NCBI GenBank assembly: GCA_036630325.1
Contig: CP142731.1
Coordinates: forward strand, 124,001 to 188,000
Reading direction: 5' to 3'
Source: Vairimorpha necatrix
Taxonomy: Eukaryota
Length of the DNA: 64,000 nucleotides
The translations under genes and the position numbers were made by a program. Below are positions 38,601-49,415 of the stretch, piece by piece (position 1 is the stretch's first letter; each line of letters begins with the position of its first letter). The notes beneath the pieces were generated by a model, which was given only the letters and a program-made list of their open reading frames with translations, searched no databases and was not told the DNA's origin.

Positions 38601-39048
38601 ACTAAATAAAATTACAGATTTCGGAAGGGTAAGCTGGAAGAACAAGCTTCCAGAAGCCACGAGATGCCTCAACCTGTCTTATAATCGGAGCATAGGAACA
38701 TCGCCGTTCATGTTAAGGGAGAATAAATTGCCGATGCTGTCTGTAGACAAAGCGCTAGACAAGGAAGAAGTGACATTCTCAGCGGAGGAAACGAAGAGTA
38801 AGCGCGATGAAAACTTCGAAAAGTACAATAAAGCAATCGTGAAAGGGAAAGTAGAGGTGGTGAAAAAGCTAAACGTGGGCGATAAAGTTTTAATATATCG
38901 TGAGACCAAAAGCGGGAAGTTCAAGTGCAATTGGGAAGATGGATACGTGATCACAGAAATAATTTTACCCGATGCCTATGTGGTAAAAAAGAATGGAAAA
39001 GTATACAGGCTTAACAAAACACGAGTTAAAGCAGATACTTCAATTTAG
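35623..39048 (+). CDS. Gag-protease-RT-RNaseH-integrase polyprotein (1141 aa, uninterrupted)
   Basis: Protease LIDTGADVS; RT LCIDYRELN, MPFGLCNAPATFQR, YLDD; RNase H TDAS/KELLAV/TDHKAL; integrase HHCC, IDLIG, TDNGLEF, VERAN. Confidence 0.98.
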   Translation: MQFVNKGTFDMATAIKTVGCFSGKKEEDINTWLRDTTFTARVMGLTEDQTARLICLSLRGPALSWIAMAFERVSELDLAEVTKSLKLRFYSSQKTLATLDEFVKPQQFGNLEAFIDFCRKGNSLIEQQTMEYKSVSLIVIKKSPSVLKSILYDFARQCQDWSEFLRRTEEVSWIAFPMKSNTTNTDETLDNRTLKVAPSKKGNIPYTIENYKINSCFTNPCYINVEFNRKRHRALIDTGADVSLIPARVLEGTNIRFTRSSTIIRAASGTPLEITGRCLNINFRTENTSITFSPYVTERTPDYIILGVDAIRTNPILLEQLIRKFANTVKKGSLINKVNYISIEEKYHDMFKTEISELTLCNMGKHQIETTVAKAIYQKNGKIPLHFEEEITQQIKKNLQLGVIRNSRSPWNSRVVPVTKPDGSIRLCIDYRELNKITVKDKYPLPRIDEILDDLADATIFSTLDATSGYYQIALEEVDKEKTAFSWRGGHYEFNRMPFGLCNAPATFQRTMDKIFVKENRKFVIPYLDDIIIYSKNHQEHREHLEIILGKLKAAGIALNRKKCHFFKEEIKILGNIVTNKTIKPDPEKVKAINEYKEPTNIAQLRSFLGLINYCREFIRNLSAIAAPLYELFKGESKRSVKSISLSKKEKRAFEDLKRLLTEETIRYKINLRKPFILTTDASEQGIGAILSQIGDDGKEHFVSAFSKSLEKAHKNYSTTDKELLAVVKGIENYRHYLLGREFILKTDHKALTYLWEAKNPTSRLLRWAMKLQEYAFQSTYIKGEVNGADGLSRQNPTEKDINIIEATGPSDEDRQKILESYHLDVGHASASTMSFMISQRYKWAGMHKDIKEHVEKCKTCLKSGYPLRNTKNKVIRSERPNQIWVIDLIGRICDTSGQNSFIFIAIDHYSKWVETAVINYKTGSKIMGLIQQLIIEKHGIPERILTDNGLEFINSDIKDLAEKNGIDWQYSSPEHHETVGAVERANQTLMKILNKITDFGRVSWKNKLPEATRCLNLSYNRSIGTSPFMLRENKLPMLSVDKALDKEEVTFSAEETKSKRDENFEKYNKAIVKGKVEVVKKLNVGDKVLIYRETKSGKFKCNWEDGYVITEIILPDAYVVKKNGKVYRLNKTRVKADTSI

Positions 39049-39059
39049 GGGGGGAGAGG

Positions 39060-39129
39060 TGTCGTATCCTTCTATAAATATTATATATTTTCACCCCCAT
39101 GCAATTCGTAAATAAAGGAACATTCGACA
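39060..39129 (+). repeat. 3' LTR of element 2 (70 bp)
   Basis: Directly after the PPT and followed by TSD GGTAT. Confidence 0.95.
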
Positions 39130-41772
39130 GGTATTATAGCATACTAGAACAAAATAAAGAATTAAAAAATGATCATATTGTAACCTTACAACATTAACCT
39201 TACAATTTAAAATTTTACAAGAAAAATATGTTATTTGCAATACTAATGCATACATATAATTTATAGAGTGGTCGTTTTATCAACATAAAAAACCGTGTTT
39301 TTTTTTATTAAAATTAAATAAAAAGTATGTGGGAGGCACTTTCAATCTTAGAATTCGTTTATTTATAGATGTTTTTATTTTAATAATCTCAAGACAAAAT
39401 GAGACTCATGACTCTTGAAAAAAATTAAATGGGTATAAGGTTTGCCAAGTGTACTATCTTCAGCCTTGTAACGTAAAATTTGTTTGTTTAATTTTTTTTA
39501 ATTGTGTTTTGTTCTTTTTGAGGTTTCAAGGTTAGTTTTCTTTCTTGGTTTCTCTATTCAAGAATGCATTTGTTTAAATAATTATAGATGACTCCTCGTG
39601 GATATTTGACATTTAAGAAGCAGTTGTCAAATGAGTTTCTTGGCAGGCCTATATCACATAAATGTGTTTAACAATGATTTGACAAAAGTCAATTGTTTTC
39701 ATGGTCGCTCAATAGACATATCATCACACAAGATATTCCTTCGCAAGAAAAAAGTCTCGATCTTCGCCTAGGCTTTACTCGACATATTATTTCTAAAAAT
39801 CTAAAAAATTGTATGACTTATTTTATTGCAAAGTTTTTTATTAAAAATGATTTATTTGCTTTTAATTTTCCAGGTTCACCTAAATGTCTGGATATAGACC
39901 AACGTACTGTAAATATTTAATTTTTTTCTCATTTTATTAAATCGCAGTAGAAATGTATTTTATATAAGAAAAATAAACATTAATATATATCGCGTCTAGA
40001 ACAATTAAAAAAAATTATGTTATTTAAGACAATTTATACGAGCCAGAAGAGATATTTTCTCACAAGATTTATAAACTTATATCCTGCATCTCCAACATCC
40101 TATAATTGATCTCGATTTAATAAAAGTCGAGCATTGAGGCCAAATGATATTTCTAGATTGTTGAAAACTCATAGGGCCAAAGTTACGAGATTGCTAATCT
40201 TCTTTATCTACTTTTCGAGACATTTCACCGAATGTCATTTAAAATACGCAGCCATTTTGCTTTAGTAGTAAATATGACTTGTTTTTAATAGAGTAAAATT
40301 GGGGTTATTTTTAATAATACTTGGGTTGTCTTCTAATCTCCAACAAATCTCATTGTGACTTCCAACAGCAAGATTCAAGAAACAACTTAACGTCTTAGTA
40401 ATTACGTTTCTGTATTCCTGGCACAAAAAACAATATATGAACAGATTATAATGGTTCTGTTGGTCGCTATCTTCATTAATTATCTTAAGATTCTTTCAAA
40501 GACATATAAGTAAACAAATCGTATATTATACAATTTAAAACAATTAAAAAGTTCGGCCTTTTACAAATGCTTTTAAAAATTTTTAGATTTCGAACAAGAA
40601 TATACAATACATAAGTTAATACTCTTGACGTTTTTAACGCACTTTCTAGAAATTATATTTATATATATATAGTCATTTTATATGTTTACATCCATTTCAA
40701 TCTTATGTGTTTGGTTTTTAGATAGATTTGTTTGGCTTTGTTTTCAAGAATAAACTAATTTATTCAGATAGTTCATATTTACAAAAATGTTTCATAATAT
40801 AAAAAGGACATAAAATATTTTTTACTATCATGTGAAAGACTATTATTTATATTAAGAAAAAGAAAAACCATATAAAATTGATTTAGTTAAGTTTGATGAT
40901 GTTTTAATATACTTCCTAGATATACTTTGTTTCGTTGTTAATTCTGAAAATTACGCTATTCTTCGATTTCTCAAAAGCTTTATTAAATTTCTTTCAATGG
41001 CAATTTGTGATATAATAAGATGTACACTTGATATGCACAAATATTCTAACCTCGTATACGTTAAAGTGTTATTATATCATTATACCATCTCATTTAAGTA
41101 TTTGCGGCTTTAGAATATAATTAAATTATTTTATTTTCATGTCAAATATATGAAAAAAAGATCAATGTTCTTAATTGTATTTGAAATGCTTATAAATCGT
41201 CTAAACAAATGTTTTGATTTTTTTTATACATTTTAATTAATTAAATGTAGATAATAATATGTAAAGCAATTACATATAATATCGTAGTTAAAAGTATATT
41301 TAAACTACCTTTTTGGCAATTATAGAACATGATAATTTGGATTTATAATGTTATTAACACAAAAGTTGCTTTAACCCCTTGTTTACTAACGATAGTATTA
41401 AAACGACAACTTTTTATGATTTACAAATCATTTACACGTTTTTACTATCTAAAACAACTCTTAATTTGGTTTGTAAATTACATGCTTTATAATAATTCTA
41501 TTTGTTCAAACTAAAAATCTAATATGTACTCATTTTTAAAACTTTATATTCACTCATTATGCATATGCCAAAATATTGGATAAGTAGCAATAATTGGGGT
41601 TTTCTATCACAGTTATTTAATATATTAAAGAATAAAAATAAACTCTAATTTTTTAATGGGATGAAAGTATATCAAATAAGAAATATTTCATTGGCTATTT
41701 TTTTTTGTTTGTTTGTTTGTTTCATCTCAATTATAAATAAATATTTATAAATAATTGTTTATAAACAAAGGT

Positions 41773-43050
41773 ATGAATAGATCAACAGCAGATTCACAAT
41801 ACGTTAGAAAATCAAGAAAATTCCACGATGCATGGGCATTTATATTGTATGCTATTTCAGTGACAGGATTTTCTACTTATAGCATATTGAACATTGACAA
41901 TTCTAACATAATACTTACAAATTTGTTTAATACTCAGATTTTTCTTTGCTCCAGTTTAATAGCTTTAGTATTTCTAATACTTACTTTTACATGTCTAAGA
42001 TTAATCCCAGAAATATTTCTAAAGACAACTTTCGCTTTGTATCCATTTCTTACTCTTTTTATAATAGCGAATATTCTAAAACAAAATAATTATGTACCGA
42101 GTGCTGGATTGATTGGTCCTGTCCTTTCGTTGATATTATGGGCTTATTTTGCTTATAACTATTGGAAGTGGTTAGCATCTGTGGCAAAAATTACAAATAT
42201 AGCAATCAAGATAATTTTTAATAACCTTCTTACTGTTCTATTGGGGTTGTTATTTGTTTCATCTTTAATTGGATTTCAATTATTCTTAATATTGAATTTG
42301 GATTATGAGACTAACAAGAATTTATCTTCTTCACATGTTCTTTACTTCTTCTATATTCTGAATATATTCTGGACATTTTCTAATGCAGTTTATTTTTTCA
42401 AAGTTTATATAACATCTGTTGTAGCGTTTAATGTTTTGGGGGATTCGGGATCGCATATGATGAATATCATCAAGAATACATTGTACTCTCTAGGTTCAAT
42501 CTGCTTCGGAGGCTTGTTAATAGCTATCATATCAACAGTTAAATTTTTTATAAATAATGAAAGAGAAAGAAATCAAAGAGACAATGAAAGAAGCAATTTG
42601 TTTGTTGATATAATGTTATGTGTCGCATCATTTATTTGTTCAATTTTAGAAAGTTTTATTGAATTTGCTAATACTTTGACATTCCCATATATTGCTATAC
42701 ACGGAGAAAGTTATTCTAAATCGATGCGCTCTGCCTTTGATATATCCGCAAATGTGTCCCCTGTAGGATTAATCGGACTTAATGCACTCAATATGGGATT
42801 GTCTATCACCACACTTTTCTTTGGTATTATCTGTGGATATTATGTATATTATATTAATGGTCCTATATTAGATCTTAATATGTTAAGAGGTTCTATCCTA
42901 AGTTGTGTTCTGCCAATAATATTTTACATGTTAGCAATGGTTTCTATAACATCAGGATTCCTCGGGTTGGTTTATATTACTGCAGAAAATTCTGATATAA
43001 TTGATGATAAATATAAAAATGATCTAGAAAATGCATTATTAGGCAAATAA
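41773..43050 (+). CDS. Choline transporter-like (CTL/SLC44/Pns1) membrane protein
   Basis: Many TM helices with family motifs FHDAWAFILY, SLGSICFGGLLIAII, YIAIHGESY; first ATG at 41773 (ORF track starts at a TTG). Confidence 0.85.
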   Translation: MNRSTADSQYVRKSRKFHDAWAFILYAISVTGFSTYSILNIDNSNIILTNLFNTQIFLCSSLIALVFLILTFTCLRLIPEIFLKTTFALYPFLTLFIIANILKQNNYVPSAGLIGPVLSLILWAYFAYNYWKWLASVAKITNIAIKIIFNNLLTVLLGLLFVSSLIGFQLFLILNLDYETNKNLSSSHVLYFFYILNIFWTFSNAVYFFKVYITSVVAFNVLGDSGSHMMNIIKNTLYSLGSICFGGLLIAIISTVKFFINNERERNQRDNERSNLFVDIMLCVASFICSILESFIEFANTLTFPYIAIHGESYSKSMRSAFDISANVSPVGLIGLNALNMGLSITTLFFGIICGYYVYYINGPILDLNMLRGSILSCVLPIIFYMLAMVSITSGFLGLVYITAENSDIIDDKYKNDLENALLGK

Positions 43051-43265
43051 ATGAAACTATTACATAATTTGTTTTTTTACTGTTTTAATCGTGATATCAA
43101 AATATATAAAAAAAAATATGCGAATCTTTTCCAATATTATCTAAATTAGTTTTAATCAAGCAATTATAAATAATTTTTTTTATTTAAGAATTTGTCATTT
43201 TTGATAGTATATATTTCGAAATCATTCAAATCGAAAAAAGTTTTAAATATTAGTTCATTTCTTAA

Positions 43266-43763
43266 CTAGTGCATGCTTTCATATAGGAAAACTCGGATTT
43301 GAGATTTTTTTTAATAATATATCTCTTTTTTTTCTAATTTTAATTTTAGGTAGAAATAAGAAAAACAGAAATTTGATCTTTGAAAACAACACAAATTAGT
43401 TTATAAGTTTGTCGCAAATAGTTTCAATATAAATACATCAATAAAATATATAGTGAAAACTTCAATTCGTTTTAAATTAAATTTTGAAACTGTTTATACA
43501 AAATTTTTGATGATTGAAAGTCTAAGCGATTTTATGAATATGTGTTAACAAAAATTTTCGTTCGATAAAGATGATATTTGAAGCTAAATTTACAAAAACT
43601 AATAATTTAAATAAAGTGTACGCGCTTAAAAAAGTCAAATTAAAGTATTAATTCTTCATTCGATATTATCTATACATAATAAGCAATAAACATTTTGTTT
43701 AGAAATTACAAACATGCAAAAGGTGGGGTAAAAAATTATATTAAATTCTTTGCTTACATGTGA
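43266..43763 (-). mobile_element. Degenerate monomeric copy of the Helitron-like unit
   Basis: Plus strand begins A|CTAGTGCATGCTTTC…GAAAACTCGGAT and ends GTTTAGAAATT…GGGGTAAAAAATTATATTAAATTCTTT…TGA|T; about 500 bp, collinear with the array unit. Confidence 0.7.
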
Positions 43764-44071
43764 TCATGATGAAAAAGTTCTATAAACGACCTAGAGGTTT
43801 TTTAATTGTATATAAAAGACAAAAGTTTGATATATATATATATATACTTCATTAATCGGGGGCTGAAAAGTCATGAAAGGATGTCTTAAGAACCCCTACG
43901 AGCAGAACCAGGGAAGGAAAAGCCACCGCGAAAAGTAAAGAACAATGAAAGCGATGAAACTCAATAAAATGAATTTGAGCCTTGAATCAAAAAGTCATTG
44001 TTACTTACTATAAATATATATGGAACATTAAAATGATTTTTCAAATTTCAATTATTTATTATTATGACTTA

Positions 44072-44953
44072 TTACGTATAAATAAGCTTTTCCATAATAT
44101 CAATAATTAACAAACATTCTTTGCACAACTTTTCAAGATTATTATAAAAAATGTAAAGACCATCATAGATTTCACTAAACGATCTTTTTATTCTATTTTT
44201 ATCTGTTTCATTAAAATTAATAAGATATGCATATTCGAAAAATATTTTTAATGTCTTAAATCTATCGACTATCTGAAATTCATTCATAAATACGTTCATT
44301 CTAAGTGGTAGCGTGCCATAAAAATGCATTATTGCATAACTTTTCGATTTATAATTAAAATATGAACCAGCAGCATATATTTTAAAAAATTCGAAAAATA
44401 AATCAAAAAAAATCAATTGGTCTTCAATATCTTCTGTATATTCATCTTGAACAATAATTTCTGCAGCCATCTTGATTGTGTTCATATTTTCGAGAAATTT
44501 AATGTAAACCTCGTCGAACTTGCGTCGTATTGATTGTTTTGTTTTTTTATAAGTATTTTTTTCATTTGGCTTCATATTTTTTGCAAAATATATTTTTCTT
44601 GCCATATTAGAATCTTCTGTGTTCCACATATTAATAAGATCATTTAATTTTATTTTCAATATTTTATAATCTAAAATGTTTTGTAGGTCGTTTACATTCA
44701 AAATTATTACTTTTTCTTTTTTGTTAATATACCGTAAATTGAAATTATTATTATAATCAGAATTAAAGAATACAGAATCATAATTTTCAATTTTTTCAAA
44801 GTGATTTATACGCTCATACAAACCTTCACTCATCATGTCAAATTTTCGTTTTCTTGTATTATCTGATTTATAGATATATTTTGGGTATAATTCGAGGTGT
44901 TGATGTTCCGTTTCGATGTCAGAACTGATAACAAAAAACATGTATTGTAGCAT
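44072..44953 (-). CDS. Hypothetical protein with short hydrophobic N-terminus and basic NLS-like motif
   Basis: 293 aa; CCCATAG-ATG; MLQYMFFVISS; NTRKRKFD. Confidence 0.8.
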   Translation of the reverse strand: MLQYMFFVISSDIETEHQHLELYPKYIYKSDNTRKRKFDMMSEGLYERINHFEKIENYDSVFFNSDYNNNFNLRYINKKEKVIILNVNDLQNILDYKILKIKLNDLINMWNTEDSNMARKIYFAKNMKPNEKNTYKKTKQSIRRKFDEVYIKFLENMNTIKMAAEIIVQDEYTEDIEDQLIFFDLFFEFFKIYAAGSYFNYKSKSYAIMHFYGTLPLRMNVFMNEFQIVDRFKTLKIFFEYAYLINFNETDKNRIKRSFSEIYDGLYIFYNNLEKLCKECLLIIDIMEKLIYT

Positions 44954-44974
44954 CTATGGGCTATTGTAAAAAAA

Positions 44975-45350
44975 TATTATTTATAAAAATTAGATTAAGA
45001 TTATTGTCAGAATCGTTTAAAATTAAGCTAACATTCTAATAGTAAATTGCAGAGACTTTCAATCTTAGAAAATTTCGCAAAATAAGTGTCAAAAATTGAA
45101 TTTGTAAACATAAAAATTAGCTCAATAAATTTTCTAGAAAAATAATTCAAATTCTTTATTTAAATTTTTTGCTTAGAATTTTTCAAACCCATGGTCACTG
45201 CCTTTCTCGTTCCCTCAATTATAAAAATTTAAGAAAAATTTAGAAGAAAAATATTTTAAAACATAATGTAGATTTAAACATCTTGCGTAAAACATACGCT
45301 AGTTATAAAAATAAAAAAAATTATTTGATTTTTACCCTTTTTCGTGATAG
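44975..45350 (+). mobile_element. Degenerate Helitron-like copy in the opposite orientation, spanning a head-to-tail junction
   Basis: ATTGTCAGAATCGTTT (~45003), TAAGTGTCAAAAATTGA (~45083) and CATACGCTAGTTATAAAAATAAAAAAAATTATTTGATTTTTACCC (~45293-45337) are reverse complements of array motifs at matching spacing. Confidence 0.7.
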
Positions 45351-47081
45351 TGTGATATCAAATCAATAATAGTAATGAAGACATGTTTTACAATTAAACT
45401 AGTTGAAAAACATATTTTATTTAATTATGTAAGCAACAATGTATATTTTGCTTATTTTAAATGTTTGTTTATCTAGGATAAAAGTTTATACAACATCTGT
45501 AAATTAAAATTTTACAATATCGTTATATCCTCTCTTTTAGTTGTTATATTTTTAAATCTGCAAAACTTTTACTCGTAGACTAACATTTACTTAATTTCAA
45601 CAGAAACAAGATTTCAAAATGTTTCTGATATAATTGTATTTAGATACAGGTCTTGTTCTGTTTTGTATATATTCAATTATTAAGACTTTTAATTTATTTT
45701 AAAATGATGATAATCTTTATTGTAGTCTATCACCATGGCTTTTTACATACAACAAGAAATCTTTCAAGCAACAACGATTTGACATGTGATAAAGAGCTGC
45801 ATATTATTTAAAAGAATACTTCTCTCGTAATATTTACGAATTTATTCGATAAGAATTCTAGACATTGATGTTTTAAGTCTAATTTTTGAAGCCAAAATGA
45901 TTCAAAGCATTTACAGCATCCAATATCAAGGAGTTTTTCAAAAACCAACAGACAATAAACTGTGTTTTCCCATAAATGCTAATTTAAATTGTGTATAGTT
46001 TGATTTAACGCATCTTACATACTCTGTCGTGAATAAAGAGTAGCGTTAGTTTAAATTTTTCTTTTGTGCAAAAGTTGTAAAGGACCTACCAGCCGTATTT
46101 AATATATAACAAAACTCATTATTTGCAGATTTTTTTATTTAACGAATTATGCGGTTTCAAGCTGAAGTTTATAAATAATCTAATTCTAATGAAATTGATA
46201 CACTACCTATATTGTATAATTTTTTAAGAAAATCAATGATAAATCGATATATTTTCAGTAATTATAGTATCCATGGAATCAATAAATTATTTTTATGATG
46301 TGTTAAATTACCTATCTTATAAAATCAATTAAACAATGTGTCCGTCGTCTATACAACATATTGTTTATTACACGAGTAAATGTTCTGTTTTTAAAAAAAG
46401 GCCATTTTTACGTAAATTTGCATAAACCAAAAGTGTATATCTTTATGTTTTAATATCTTATATCAGACACGTATAGAATATGTAGTCGAAAATTTCGTAA
46501 TTAAGTAACGTACAATAGTATTACAGATTAGAATGATTCTCTTTGCTTAATTATAGATTATTTTTGTAGTCTCAATCTTCTTTTATTAAATATTTTGTTA
46601 TCATTATTTATATATGTATTTATCATCTTTAATTTTTGATTGCTTTTACCAATAATTAATAAAAATAAACTAAAAATACAAATATTTTCGTCATTAATAA
46701 TTTTGTGTAAATGTATTAGCATGACAATTTTTGATTTACAAGTAAATTGCAGTTTAAAAAAAATGCGCCATTTTTAATCAGTTACAATTATATTTGCCTT
46801 AAACATCAAATCAGTGCAAAATACTGACAAACTTGTTTTTTTTATTTTTCATTTAATGGATAAGAAATCTATAATTTAGCATTTTATTAGAAAATACTGC
46901 ATTTGATATTAAGACATATTATCGTATATATTATTATAAACTTGGCTATAAATCAGAACATAATAAAAAATTATATTACTTGTTTATTTTTTAACAATAA
47001 AAATATTTAAAATAACTGAATTGTTTTTTTTGTACTTACGAAATAAAGAATTCTCACATAAATTTTTATTTTCCAAAAAAA

Positions 47082-49415
47082 TTAATTTTTTTCATCATCA
47101 TCCGCTAAATGTTTTTTCATCGCCAAAATTAAATTGTCATGTAATTGTATTCCAGTCTCGGGACTTGTCATATCTATTCTCTCTTTATCACTCAATATTT
47201 CGTTTAATCTCTCTAGTTTAGATTCATTCTTTGCCTTTATATTTGCATCGTCACTAAAATTACTTTTAAAAGATTGCATTAAAACTTCATGAAATTGTTT
47301 TTTTGCTATGATTATAATTTGATCATCCCATTTTTCTTTTAATTCTACCATAAATTTTGTTTTTTCTTCGTTTATAAAATCACTTATCACATTTTTATCA
47401 ATACTGAATATTTGATTTGTTATATCATCGAGTATATTATCACAAGTAAATATATTTTCAATTATTTGTATTCCCCTTGTTTTTATATCATTTTTAATCG
47501 TTGCACTCACAGTTTTATTGTAAACAATATCAATTCTTTTATCTAAAGCTATATCTTCGATTTTATTTATTAAAGCCTCCAATTTTGATCTTATTAGTTT
47601 TCTTAGTGTCTGTTTTATAGCTTCTCTAAAGGATTGGATTTTTTCATGAGTTTTGTCTCTATTATTTGATTTATAGAATGATATTACTTTCTTTAATTTT
47701 TCTATGTTTTCTATTTTTTCATCTTCTCGTACTTTTTCTAATAACACATTACTTATTGCATCATTGACAATTTTTACTTCATTCTGTGCAAATCCAAAAT
47801 TATCAATAACTTCTGTTCTTGTGTAAAGTCTATTAATTATTTCATATTTATTATTTTCTAAACCTGTAAATAATGAAGTAATTTTAAAAATTTCTTCAAT
47901 AACTTTGTTTTTAAAAATATTTATATCTTCTAAATAAAATTCTGAAATTTCTCCAAATAATGTTATTAAATCTAGATTATTTTTTTCATATAATTTAGAA
48001 GTTGATTTCGATTTTAAGAGGTTGCCTATGGTTACTAATGAATCAAAGAGCGATTCATCAATTAAGTTTTTTTCATTCATAAATCTTTCGGCTTCAAGAA
48101 ATAAACAAATCTTTATAGTGATGAAGCTTGGTTTATACCTATATTTTGATATTTTTTCTACAAAATCTCTTGTTATTTCCATTTTTCTAGTCTCAACAAT
48201 TTGTACGCTTCCAATGATTTTATTTAACTCCTCTTCGTGTATTATTGTCTCAATTAATAAAAGATGTGCAAATACTATATTTAATGCGGAACCAGGTCGA
48301 TTTAAAATCTTATCGAATAGATATTCTAATTTATTTTCGCTTTCTATTAATACAAAAAACATTTCAAAGCTCTTGATTTTCTCTTTATCTGACATAGAAG
48401 ATATTTTTCGGAAAAAATCGTGAAACTCTGCAAAACATTCCTCGTTAATAATAGTTTTAGCATCATTTGAAATTACAAAATTTTCAGATTGATATACATA
48501 AATGCCATATTCATGGATAAATCTTACTTTTTCATTTTTAATTTCAACATTATATTTTTTATCTATAAAACTTATTTTTTTACCTTCGCAAATTGGCCAA
48601 AAAACTATAGTACTTGTTTTAATTATACCGATATCGATGATGTTATATAATCCAATAATATTATTACGAATTTTTTGGTCAATTTCTTCACTAGGGTAAG
48701 TTCTTGATATAATAGAAGAGAAAAAATCTCGCACACGGAATTCGTTGATGTCTACTTCAAAGAAGTAATAAAAATATTTTAAATTTATACAAAAACAAAT
48801 ATAAGATATATCTTTCTTCTGTAAGTATTTAAGAGGTACTTCAACAAACACTGGTCTTCCATACCAATCGCGAGAATATTTTTTTATGTAGAAAAAATTT
48901 TCTGCCCAAAGTTCATTACTTGCTAAAATGTATTCATACTTATTATCGTCTTTTGTTTCCAACTCTTCCATCTCAGTATTTATTTTTTTTAATAAATTGA
49001 TTATGCTACTAAAACTACGATTATATTCAAAAAATATAAAATTGTATATTAATACTATTCTATCCTCTGAACTTTTTTTATATTCGTATAGTAATTTAGT
49101 TTTGAATTCTCTGACAATACTTGAAGTTGATCTGTTATTACAGAATATTTTAATAGATTTAACACTCTTATCAAAATAAGAACAGTGGGTTTCATTTAAA
49201 ATATCCACAATTAGCTCGTGGGTGTTTTGATCATATGTTAAATATATTCTCAAATATTTTTTTTCCAAATTAATCATATTATAATCTCCAGTACCTATTT
49301 TGTTCATTAAAATAGTATGAAGTTTATTATATACCTTTTGAGATCCCATAGCTAAAGAAATAAAGATCAACATTTTTGAAATGTTTTTAGATAAGATATG
49401 TTGCAGATTTAACAT
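47082..49415 (-). CDS. Large hypothetical protein (~760-780 aa), possibly secreted
   Basis: Long uninterrupted ORF; likely start at ATG 49415 or 49373 (MLIFISLAMG); helical/coiled C-terminus; no recognisable domain. Confidence 0.8.
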   Translation of the reverse strand: MLNLQHILSKNISKMLIFISLAMGSQKVYNKLHTILMNKIGTGDYNMINLEKKYLRIYLTYDQNTHELIVDILNETHCSYFDKSVKSIKIFCNNRSTSSIVREFKTKLLYEYKKSSEDRIVLIYNFIFFEYNRSFSSIINLLKKINTEMEELETKDDNKYEYILASNELWAENFFYIKKYSRDWYGRPVFVEVPLKYLQKKDISYICFCINLKYFYYFFEVDINEFRVRDFFSSIISRTYPSEEIDQKIRNNIIGLYNIIDIGIIKTSTIVFWPICEGKKISFIDKKYNVEIKNEKVRFIHEYGIYVYQSENFVISNDAKTIINEECFAEFHDFFRKISSMSDKEKIKSFEMFFVLIESENKLEYLFDKILNRPGSALNIVFAHLLLIETIIHEEELNKIIGSVQIVETRKMEITRDFVEKISKYRYKPSFITIKICLFLEAERFMNEKNLIDESLFDSLVTIGNLLKSKSTSKLYEKNNLDLITLFGEISEFYLEDINIFKNKVIEEIFKITSLFTGLENNKYEIINRLYTRTEVIDNFGFAQNEVKIVNDAISNVLLEKVREDEKIENIEKLKKVISFYKSNNRDKTHEKIQSFREAIKQTLRKLIRSKLEALINKIEDIALDKRIDIVYNKTVSATIKNDIKTRGIQIIENIFTCDNILDDITNQIFSIDKNVISDFINEEKTKFMVELKEKWDDQIIIIAKKQFHEVLMQSFKSNFSDDANIKAKNESKLERLNEILSDKERIDMTSPETGIQLHDNLILAMKKHLADDDEKN

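Larger units (their letters stand above)
35584..39129 (+). mobile_element. Ty3/gypsy LTR retrotransposon 2 (3546 bp, 70-bp LTRs, structurally intact)
   Basis: Identical LTRs 35584-35653 and 39060-39129 with TGTCG..CGACA termini; TSD GGTAT (35579-35583, 39130-39134); PBS TGGCGACAGCG at 35654; PPT AGGGGGGGAGAGG 39047-39059. Confidence 0.98.

Noticed and set aside
39600-40560. Possible piggyBac-like transposase relic on the minus strand (WP…GLNA-like and Cys-containing fragments)
   Set aside because: Too degraded to support by eye; needs tBLASTn.
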